The position numbers were made by a program, and so were the translations under genes. From Botryllus schlosseri (lineage: Eukaryota): a stretch of DNA of 64,000 nucleotides. The stretch's first letter is position 1. Every line of letters begins with the position of its first letter. The stretch spans positions 8,556,001-8,620,000 of the forward strand of contig CM119385.1 of assembly GCA_051294905.1 (NCBI GenBank), read 5' to 3'. The notes under the pieces were generated by a model. The model was not told where the DNA came from, ran no database searches, and saw only the letters and a list, made by a program, of their open reading frames with translations. This document shows, in pieces, positions 39,901 through 51,900 of the stretch.

Positions 39901-42900
39901 TGAATAAATGCCGTTTATATGTCCTCTTTTTTGCATCCGTTTATATATACGGGGGGCGAAACTTTGTGTCGAGAATGATACGGGGCGATGAGTCTAAAAA
40001 GGTTGGGAACCACTGATCTAAATAATGCGTCCTGTATCGCTGGCGTATGTTTCACTGTTAATGTGAGTATGTTAAGCTCAATTAGGTGGCGTAATCTACG
40101 CAAATCTACGCTATATTTTCTTATCGATTTTGGAATTCGTTCGCTCATGGCGATTACGATTTAACAATTAACCTTTTTCATGGTAGTGGTGTTCACTGTC
40201 CGTTAGATGTCAGTACTAGTCGAGCCAACTTGTGACGATTGACAAACGCGTTCTCGGTGTAAAACATCTCAAGGCCGAATACATCTGTACGCACATTAAC
40301 ACGCTGGGTATTAAACCGATGCTCGTAATCCTCTTGATATGGTAACTTATGACTTCGATACCGTTGGCAGTAAGGGCATCAGATACCAATGACTAGATGT
40401 AAACGCGAAACTTCTGCGTCGATGCGTAGACAGACACGCCAGACACAGATCGCGATATCGTGACTGGCATTGGCTTGCTAGTAAGCCGTTGCAAGAGAAT
40501 CAAGTGATCATTAATGTTATAATCCATTATGTATCATGTTGATATTTCATTATCTTGATTAAATTTGTCGTTGCGAAATTATTTATAAGACAGTGCTGGT
40601 AGTTTTGCAACCCGTCATGTAGTGCTGTCTCGCGGAGTTTCAAGATAGTAAGCAGGAATTAAATTAAATACGATAGATGAGATGAGAATTTAGGATCGTT
40701 TTCCGGCTACATACTACAGAGGAGATTTGCCAATTGAATAGGTCGCAGTGGTAACCGTTCAAACGTCTCGTCTCTCGTGGCTTGGACTATTCGAATGTTG
40801 TTTACACTTTAATCGTTCTATAGTACACATTAACATCGGAGTTGTGGCGTGTGCATTATGAAACTCTGTATTGTATGGTAGTTGCTTATTGGTCAATTCC
40901 CAACCCCACTTGTTGTCTTGTATGTGAGATTCTGACTTCATTTAAATAAACCTAATAGATGTCTTCCTTTAATTGCGTAGGATTTTGATATTTTCAATAT
41001 TTTCGTGCTTCGTTGCTGGAAGTTGCACACATCTGTTCAGTTACCTCGTTTGGCTCGCATTCCCTGCTATTTGTTGTTCCGGCATGATAGTTGTTTTCTT
41101 CAACTAAAAACGATGTCACGAATCACCTGATGAACAATAAGCAGAGCTCTCCCACAAGCTTCTTTTATCCAGCTTATGCGTTGTTGAAACTATCAGCAGA
41201 GAAGCTAATCATACAAATCAAATGTACGTTAATAAAATATACCAAAAACCGCGAAAGTAAGAAAACTCATTGTACGTTATCGGTGAATTCGCTCTTTCTA
41301 TAGACGCATACAGGGCACAGATACTCATAGTTTTGTGAATTCTTAATTATGATTTGTATTTCTCTTCCTCCAAAGTCTTGTGCGGAGACGACCAATTCCA
41401 ACGCTTCTTTTGGATTTCGTAACTTCACCATTAGGGTTGTCCATAATTTGGAAAATCTTACAAATCCTCGGTTGTAATGTCTTATTCGATAGATTATTGA
41501 TAAAAAACGACACTGAGCCTGAAAGAAGCTCACAGAAAGGCCGTTAAGATTTGTGCAAAGCGTTTGAAAGTAGCTGCCGAAGAAAGGGCGTGTCACCGAC
41601 CATAGAACGGCGAGAAGACTAGTAATCAAGAAACCACGGCTCTTGATTGGATAATCGGCTATGCTTCAATGACCACGTCAGCAGCAGCTTGCTGATTAGG
41701 TGAACTAGGAGTCTGCTACTGGCGGCGATTCTGAAAGCGCATTGTATGTAGGTTGACAGATAATGATTTAGGATTGATTAAGGGTATGTTGAGGTACGAA
41801 ATACATGATGAACAAACAACAGCTGCTTCACAAAAACGTCTAAAGCATGACCGCTATATTGTGAAAGAAACCGCCGTAGTCTATATGCCTTGTTTTCAAC
41901 GAGGGAAAGCATAGGCGCTTATGCAAGTGGCAATGGATTCCTAGTTTCAGAAATAATATAACATTATTGAATACAACGATAAAGCTTAACAATGACCCTA
42001 TAGTTTGTGTGATCTCATTGCGCTCAGGTTGTAGTACATAGTTGAAGTTTTGAAAGCTCCAAGGGTCGGCTGAATCAGCGGGTTATGCTTGGCACTTGCC
42101 AGATGCTTGCATCAAACTGTATTCACTTGCAAGTGTTGTCAGAGTCCTTGATGATGACGCAGAAAAGAGGCGTAAAAGTAAGCACATAATATGCTGGATA
42201 TGACATGTCAAATTCCTTAATAATCGCGCAGAAAAGGGGTATAAAGGTAAACACAGACAATGCTGCATAGTGCATAGTATCCAACATAGTTTGCATATCA
42301 TATCAAGCAGGGCCTGTGCTTGCATTTAAACCTCGTTTCTGCGACATCATTAGGGACTTTGAAAACATTTACAAGTGAATTCAATTTGCTGCAAACATCC
42401 GATGAGTGCTAAGCCTAACCGTCTGATTCAGCCGATCGCTAGAGCATTCAAAACTTCAACTATGTACTGCAACCTGAGCCCAATAAGATCACCTAACTTA
42501 TAGTGTCATTGTTAAGCTTTATCTTTGTATTCAATAATGATATATTATTTCTGAAACTAGGAATCCATTGCTACTTGCATAAGCGCCAATGCTTTCCCTC
42601 GTTGAAAACAAGGCATATAGGCTACAGCGGTTTCCTTCACAATGAAGCGGTCATGCTTTAGACGTTTTTGTGAAGCAGCTGTTGTTTGTACATCATGTAT
42701 TTCGTACCTCAAGATACCTTGAATCAATCCTAAATCATGATCTGTCAACCTACATACAATGCGCTTTCAGAATCGCCGCCAGTAGCAGACTCCTTGTTCA
42801 CCTAATCAGCAAGCTGCTGCTGACGTGGTCATTGAAGCATAGCCGATTATCCAATCAAGAGCCGTGGTTTCTTGATTACTAGTCTTCTCGCCGTTCTATG

Positions 42901-45900
42901 GTCGGTGGCACGCCCATTCTTCGGCAGCTACTTTCAAACGCTTTGCACGAAATCTTAACGGCCTTTCTGTGAGCTTCTTTCAGGCTCAGTGTCGTTTTTT
43001 ATCATAATCTATCGAATAAGACATTACAACCGAGGATTTGTAAGATTTTCCAAATTATGGACAACCCTATTCACCATCAACAAATGCTTGTGGTTTAGTT
43101 GCGCGTACGACGGTGAACAGATAGTTGAAATCCCGGCGGTAATGTGTTCATGAATCAAAGATAACTGAAAATATAAAGCGACCAGTATAGTGTCAGTTAC
43201 CATAATGAGGTCTGGGGACATATCGCCGTATTTCGCCGAGGACTAAGGTAGAGAGTGATGACTCTTAACCTAAGTGCGTATATGCCAATAAGTCTTCTGT
43301 ACCGTCTCGCCAACATATACTTGTAGACGATATGCCCAAGTCTGGACTAGCTGAGCTACCATGCTTTTTTGTGGATTGCAATATGAAATAGGAGTGTCAT
43401 GAACTGTGTTGTTGACAGTTGGTTCTTCGTTGGTCGAGGGTGCTAAGACTTAGCAGATGCAATAAATGAGCGACCTGGCGTAAGCCACGGTCCTGTAGCC
43501 GTCATATCAATCGGTCAACTTGTGACCGTAGGATATTCAAGTCGCGAATATTGAGAATAGTATACTGCAGCGTTGTCTATTCAAATTCCCTCAGTCAACG
43601 TGCCCTTTTATTCACTTCTCTATGGCGACGCGCGCATCTACACAATATATTATATTAGAGACGTGACGCAATTAAAGCTGGTTCAATGCTGGTTCGGTGC
43701 CAAGTTGATCTGTGGCCATTAATAGAGTCAAATTAATAGTATGTCTCTATGTAGTTGTGATAAAAAGAAGACATAATTCGGTGTAGTTGAGATATTGCAA
43801 ATACTAACAATGGTTGCATGCATGCAAATGCATTGGTTCATTGCTTTAGTTTTGTAGTCGTTTACACAAAATAAACTGCGAGCGACGGGATATGTAGCAT
43901 TGTATTATAGTTCTGTGTCACAATTTTCGGCATAGAAGAACGCCGTACGTGGACTCGTGGAGCATGCCTCGATGGTGATTGCGCAGCAATCGGGTTAGGG
44001 CTTAGGGTTAGAGCAGTGGTTATCAGCCACCGGTCTGCGTCAATTCCCCCTGTCCTTCAACTATATTACAATTTTACATGTCTATAACAAAATGCCAATT
44101 AATGCTTGTGCATTAATTAGAGGACTCCACATCAAATTTTAAATTGATTCAGAAATTTCGCATATCATGTCGTGTGGTCTACTTTTTACTGAACGTATAC
44201 GTCGCAATACAGCAAGTGCTATACGGTACCAAAGTGTTTAAAAGTAGCCTAAGAATACTTTTTGAAGTACCAAAATTCATTAAAATTCGACGTTACAACT
44301 AACGATATATGACAGTATAATAGATGCTAGCAAACTGCAGGTCGAAGTTCTTACAAAAGAAACCAAACATCAATATTAAGTTCGTCATTAAATTGAAGTT
44401 CCCACTGCTATTTACTTTGAGTAACATACACATTTGTCGTAATTATATTTGCAGGTGAGCAAAATTTCTTTTGAACTTTTATCTGTCCCAAAGCTAAGAA
44501 GGTTGATAACCACTGGGTTGGAGTAAGGCGATTAAATTGACCCGCTAAACTACACTATGCTGATAACAACCTGAAGAGATTCATCCTGTCCGCGCGAAAA
44601 GCGTATCAAAATTGAATACCCTCATATATGTCAATTGGGCTGGCCTCGCGGGGTAAGGACATTGTGCACGTCACAGCGAAATTATTCATTGAACGTTTGC
44701 AAAATTAATCATCCCCAATGTACGACATGCTAATTTGGAAAACGTCCGGATAACAAAAGACTTATTCTAAATCATTCATTACCGCCCGACGCGTATCGAG
44801 ATCACTGATTGAATAGTTACAGAATCTGGCTCCGCCGATCTACATTTGTGATTTCCGCACGCGGTCAGAGCATAATTTGGTGGATATGCTGGTAAATACT
44901 CACGATTCTGTCACGAGCAAAGTTTCTGCGAAGAATACCCGGATCTGAGCTCTCTAACGTTATTAGTAACGATCGCAAACTTCTTCTCAAGGCCACACCG
45001 CGGTCTTGTAGGCCCTGCGATAATTGTAATAGGGGATTTGTTTTGCGGGTTGCGTAGCGGTAAAGGCTCGTTCGAGTGCGCTGTGTTTTGCTTCTCTTGT
45101 AGCCTGGCTCTATCCGTGTATTGTGATACTTGATTTATGGATGATATATAGTTTCTCATAAATGTAGGAACAGAAATCAAAATTTATGCGGCTGATGCCA
45201 TTGACATGACATGACGCTAAGTTAAATTCATATTTACTGAGTTAATGTATGGAGATCGTACTGTTAGATCCGAGTCACAGAGAAGTTTACCGATATCAAT
45301 TGCGTTCCTAAGATTAGAAGAGATATTGGGATCAAGCCCTTGATCAAATTCGCTTGGCGACCGGCGTTAAGGCACCCTCAATCTTATCAATTGGCAAGAA
45401 TGCGTTTGAGAATTCTTGAAGTTTCCAATTCCGTGTTAGCGACCAATTGGCAGAATATAGACATTCGGTATTGCTAGAAAGATGTCGCATTATCGCAGTG
45501 CATTAATGACATTAAGAACCATTGTTTATTTATTAAAGGTGGTCGATGTTGTGGGAAATAAATTGTAACGTATGATTGAGAATAGATTACTATCGAGTAT
45601 CGAATAGCGGGCATGACATCACATGCTGTTGATGAATAAACCTGGTTGACGATTATCGAACATAGTTTCAAAGAAAGATTATCATCGCAACGTATATAAC
45701 ATCGATAAGTTGGCTTTAGACTCATTCTGATGGTTCGAAATGATAAAATTAGGAAACTAGCGACAGATACTTCTGGAATGTGATTTTTGGTAACTGCAAT
45801 CCGCGCACTTTACTGGTCCGAAAACCGGAAATACAATGAACTCTGAGAAAACATAGCTTTCGCGTTGTTTCGCTTCAATCGACACTTGGCGGCGTGGCGC

Positions 45901-48900
45901 ATAGATTCGGTATAGGCAACAGTCCGAAACTTCTACTCTTGACTGAATCATTCACGATTTTTATCGCCGCTCGCGGGCTGTCTGGGTAGCGTCGGGCTCT
46001 ATCGAAAGTGTATTATCGTTGTCTTCTTTATAGAAAGATAGTGAAAAAATGGCAATCTGAGTAAGGTGGTCGAAATCACAGCTGTTTTGCTCGGCGGTTC
46101 ATCATAGTTTGGTTGAGTTAGATTATTTTTAAGTTTTTGGATTGATCAGACTGGAATTAAGATTTCTGAATTTAACACACTATGGCATATTCGAAGGTGC
46201 AGATTGTCTGGTGTAGTCATGTTATTAGTCGGCCTCGGGCCGGGCACTGCAGTAGATCAGTTTAAATATGGCCGCCGCTTACGCACGCCAGCGTTCGTAC
46301 TCAGTCGATGAAATAGGCGCCTCCGCGCACAGGCCCAGTCTAATCGAACAGTGCGCCCAAAAGAGCGCTAGCACGCGCGATAAAATCGCAAGGAGAAAGA
46401 AAATAGAATATGCCTCCCTCCCTTGCCTGTCGCCGACAGACAAGGCGCCGTCCCTCTCGAGCCTGCACCGGGAAGCAAAACAGCGCGCGAAGCACAAGAA
46501 AATGCAGGAGTTGCAGCATCAACACGAACAAGCCAAGCTTGAAAAGAAAATACGGCGCCGCCGGAAATGGTCTTCCGGAGAGATGGCCACTCGCTCCGGA
46601 CACCTCATGAGAAACGTAGCCACTAGGATACGATCGTTCTTCGACACCAAGGTACACGGCGATTATGGCGATCTGAAACCCCAGGCTTTTTCGCGTCGCT
46701 TCGCCGGAACGCGCGCATTTTGTATCGGTAACCGACCTCGTAAATATCGGATAACTGTGTGCACTGTGCATCCTATCTCGTGTGATCAGTTCGTTCGTGT
46801 ATTTAGAATTTTAATCAATTCAAAACACCAACTTGTTTTGCGATAGAATGAAAAGATAACATGGTATCGACACCGCTGATATTAGTCGTTTATATCAAGC
46901 ACTTACACAACTAGAAGATATTCAATTTTTCAATCTAGTTATCCAAGTCTGACCACCTTGGCCGTGAACAGGTAAATAAGAGGCGTGGACAGTCGGCAGT
47001 AATCGTGATCAATCTGCTGTAATCTCTACTACTTATCGATTGGTAATTATTAATTATTAAAACATATAGGGATATTATCATGGATTGGCGCTTTTTGCGC
47101 GTTCATACAGTGCCGTTTGTTATATCGGTACGTCTCCATATTGTATTAATTTTGTTGGATAATGGGGGAACTGTTTTAATCACGTTCTTTTTAGTTTTGA
47201 GCTTTGAGGCGGGTCGGCGGCGAGCGGGATAAAACCGCGGCATCGGGGACAATATAATTAAACAACGTGCATTACCAAAACGGATTTACAAACATGCCGT
47301 AATAAGAGACGGATCAATTTTCTCAGCTGGCTCATGGCCACGATAATCCGTCGGGCAGATTCAGCTATCATCGATACAATGACAGAAATGCGACTGCGCG
47401 ATTCACATCGCATCGCCGCGTAACCATATCAATACAACTGTTCGCGCTGTTATTTTTGACGCACAAAACACATAACCTTCTGTTGGCTATCTTGCGCCTG
47501 TCTTGAATAGACGGGATACATGTGCTTATTCAGAGCCTATTCACTGATGATCACTGTGACACCGTGTCGGAATTGTGCGCGTGATTGGAAGGCGATTTTA
47601 TCATGGGTGATTTTGTTAAATCCTATCAAATTTCGGCTATTGTTGCAACGCGCGACTGTCAACTGTCAGCATATTGGTACCATTCCCGTGCCCTCTATAG
47701 CGGATTCATGCCGCATGTCAAACGGTATGAAGTTGTATGCGGGTGCTTCCGGCAATGTTATGTCCCGGGGCGTGTTGCGCTGTGTTTTGTGTACACATCG
47801 CGTGTTGTTTTATAGAATATGGCGGGGAATCAGTGTATCTTACTCGGATTTGGATTTTGGAAAATGTATTGAAATTGCATTTTAATCTTCGCGTTTTTCG
47901 ACCAATCTTTTTGAATTTATACATCTGTTGTTTATGTAAGAAGCGAGCTTCTGTGATTTGGTGTGATTTACGCGGTTCATGTGCGGTTGGCCAATCGGCC
48001 TTCATCATTGGTTTATTAGCAATTTTTATCAGTTCAATACACCACAAAAAATGCGATACAATGAATAGACAGGAAGATGTCGAAGCGACTTGGATTTGTC
48101 AATGGAATCGGACACCCACCTTGGCCTAGGCGTAGTAAAGAGGAGGCATGCACACTGAATGAAAGTAAAGAATACAGTATAGAAAAAGAAAGCGACAAGA
48201 AATAGGGCGGCATGTCATTGGAAGCCTACGATGTATCAAAGCACTCTGCCTTTTCCAACTGCGGTTTGAAGCGGTATATGGAAATAATTTCGTGGTCTGA
48301 TCGTTATTAACCCCATTTGCCCCCAATCGTGTCTGATGATAGGCTGGATAAAAGGATACGGCATTTTGCATGCAATTTCAAATTTATCAGAATACCGCTT
48401 TTCATAAAGCAATTTGGTCGAACCAAACAATTTCTGAATTTAGAATGCATTCTTAACATCGTTATTGAAACTTAATCGTCGTTTGAACGCTAATGACATT
48501 GCCTTGACAGGCCAGATTTAGCTCTAATATGGCTTGGTAACCATACGGTTGTGTATATAATACACTATAAATAATAATAACACTAATATTATGATATGAT
48601 ATAATAATGATAATAATGACCAAAGATGTATATTCGTCCACAAAGTTATTTGCAATTTATTCAAGTCGTGTTTTTACGTGATCAGTATTGTTACGTAAGT
48701 TGCAGCGTCGATTGTCACCATTATTTTTTCCCACGTTGTCTTTACTGGTTAAATTCCTTCTGGGGTGCGCACCTAGCAGAGCATCGTGATTATGTAACTA
48801 TAACTCAGGTATCTCGTATTGCTGGATCGCACCTTCATCCGCGAAATATTTTTGTTTCAGACTTACATCGTCCTCAACAAGCAAGGCACCACGTTTCGAT

Positions 48901-51900
48901 TCAGCGAGTCCAAATCCCTCTTCCTATTCAACCAGCAAAGCCGCGTCCGACAGTCTTGCATCAACCTCTTCATCCGTCCCATGTTTTCCCACTTCATCAT
49001 GCTCGTGATTTTGGCTAATTGCGCGTGCATGATGTTAGCCGAGCCTCCGGCCTGGATCGAAACGCATCTGGAGTGAGTAATGGCATCGTTAATTTGCGTG
49101 CTTGTAACGGGCCGTATATACTGATGTACGATCTTTGCTCCGAACCTTGTAAGTCGTCAAAAGCCTAATATTAGATATTCTAATTACCTCCACGCAGAGA
49201 TTAAGGCTGTTCCTATTAAACTTTCAACAATAATTGCTACTCATTTCGAGCTTAAATACAGCCTGCGAGTTTACGGCGTGCGTGTAATACACACAGCGCT
49301 AAGTGCTTGCACGTTTTTAAAATTCCCTGCAAGACATGGCTTTTTATGCTTCAGTAGTAGTACAGCAGTATCCGTGGTATTGTGACATTCGCATGTTTCG
49401 TAAAATCGCTTTGTGATTCGCCAATGTTGTTTGTCTGCGTCTGGCTGGTTGAGAACAAATTAAAAAGGACAAGTGACGTAATAGGTGTTGATTGCTACGT
49501 TTCTTTTTGTGTACGTAATTTGTCAGAAGTGTGCTCTGCGTGCAAAGGAGATTCGTGCTACCGAGCGGCTCGTGATATATCATTGTGACGCGTGCTCATA
49601 ATATTAGTGGAAACGACAGATACGTTTCGACAGCTTGATACAGTACTTTTGCGAGTGTGCCGCATGCAATATTGATCGAATGCCATTCGTGTATTCACAA
49701 TACGCAAGCTCACACGAATCTTTATGGGAGAAAGTACTACTCTTTTTTTGACCTGTGAATCACGGGTAACAATGTCAACAACATGTAAGCAACAGGCATA
49801 TTGCATATTTTTATAATTTCATATTTTCTAGGCGTATACCTGTTCTGATGAATATAATTTTTACACAAGCGATTCGGTAATGGACAGAATTTAGTCGGTA
49901 GGTGTTGCCTGAAAAAGGACAATCCACTTGAACTCGATTCAATATACGGCGGAATAATTTGGTTTCCAACATATGTAATCTTCAATTGCACGTTTCCTGA
50001 TGAGGACAATCATTATCGGAATGCACGTGTTGTTGTTTTGATACTCATGGTGTTTTGATGGACTATACTATGGTAGTTTTACACCTTGTCGGTATTTCTT
50101 ATTGTGATTCCTGATCTGCCGACATGTATAACCTACACAAGAGACGCTCTGCTATGTTTTCTTGCATCAATTTTTAGTGGCATTTGTCATTTGCGTAAGT
50201 CGTGACGATGCACCCTGCAGTTTCGAGTATAACCACCCCGAGCGGATATTCTTGACCTATCCTAATATTTTGAAACTATTTACTTGAGTAGTTGTCAAAT
50301 TTTCATTTTATACTCGCACTTGGAATAATTTCGACATTTCCTGCAAATTTCTTGCCATGTGTAATTTCGTAGAAATCTACGTTGCTACTATTGCGTATAC
50401 TTGTGTGTAGGGTTGCATTTAAAACAAAATCTATTTAAAGCAAACATGTTTAAAACAAGGCTCTTGTTTAAAACATGTTTTTTTTTAAGCCATGACGTCA
50501 CGAATTTTCAACTGTGACGTCATGGTGGATTGGCTTTGACAATTGAAAATATAGGGCAAATACAGCTCATATGACGAAATACCTACCTACTATAGCTGTT
50601 TCATCGACAGTTTTGAAGGTTCCAACCATCCCATATCGTAAACGTCTGCTATATCGGGTGGTAATGGTCCGTAGGCTCCTACAACAGTATTTACACAATT
50701 ATGGCATAATTATACAACTTAAAAAAACTCATTTTTATTAAAAAGGGCTTCAATTTAAATGTAAACCTATTACTTGTGTACCAAAAATGACTACCTCTGA
50801 GCATACTATCCGGAAGCTATTCGCTAGTTTGGATAAGTCTTCCTTCAACGCGGTCACAGAATATACCTTGTAAGGCAGATTGCGTCATCGCCATAATCAC
50901 TGCTTGTGACCCAAGAAGTACTTTCGACGTCTTTACTCAAAATGATGCGACGACGCAAGCGCGACGTTAAACTGTGACATTTCGTCGTTGGTGAAGCCTC
51001 GCCAGACTAGTGCTAACAACTGGATTTTCAAGATGCGTAACTAGAACTGGAAACTGCAACTAATTACCTTTAAAGATGCGCAACTAAATAACGAAAGAAC
51101 CTTACTAGTTTTAATTCCGAGGCAACTCCTTCATTTTAATTTTATCGGAATTGCATCGGTTACTGGAGATCGAATAATCGAATAATCGTTTCAAAAGGAC
51201 GGGGTTTCGACCAGATAACCCACCCTCTGGCTAGAACACTGTTCGTACTGATGGCTCTGGGCCATAATCGGGTGCATTAACATCATAAAACAGAGTACCG
51301 GCATCACGATTCATACGAAATAGCGACACTTGTTTTGTAGTTGTTCGGAAACTAATTTTTGCGTAACTAGAACTACTCAATTTAAAGTTTTGCGACTAGA
51401 ATTTAAGCTAGAACTACTACAAAACCAGTAGTTAGATGATGGTAAACTAAAATAACTAGATTGGCTGTTTGGGCAAGTTTGAACCGCGCGCCTTTCGTTT
51501 TTAGATATGTTTTCACCGCGATCTACTGTTTCGAGGCGGCCGTGAAGATTGTCGGGCGCGGGTTCGTCCTGCATCGCTTCGCGTACCTGAGAGATCCCTG
51601 GAACTGGCTGGACTTCCTTGTTATCTTATTCGCGTGAGTGCCTTTATCTCGTTGAGGCGGGTAATTTGCAGTTAGGAGCGGATAGAAATAGTTCTCATTC
51701 AAGTATAGATAGGGGAAAAGGAAAGACTTGGAGTAGTTTTTCAATCAAACTCAGACCTTGGTCTCTAGAAAACGGGGCTCTGAAACATTTTCACTGCGGG
51801 CACCTTCAAGTTTGTGGGTGGTTACGTACACCACCAAAATTTCAGAAGCCGATGGCCAAAGTAAGAAGACAGGTATTCCCTTCGCCGCCCAATCCTGATT

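Noticed and set aside
43993-44011. Interstitial telomeric repeat (gggttagggcttagggttag)
   Set aside because: Only about 3 imperfect units, partly overlapping a MITE TSD.
46340-46771. Antisense ORFs over the alternative first exon, and likewise 21597-21993 and 58370-58651
   Set aside because: Shadow frames of GC-rich sense exons; no independent evidence.
47520-48129. Overlapping Cys-rich ORFs of 76-130 aa
   Set aside because: No Nav or other homology, mostly non-ATG starts, and no phase 0 donor/acceptor pair fitting between 46651 and 48861.
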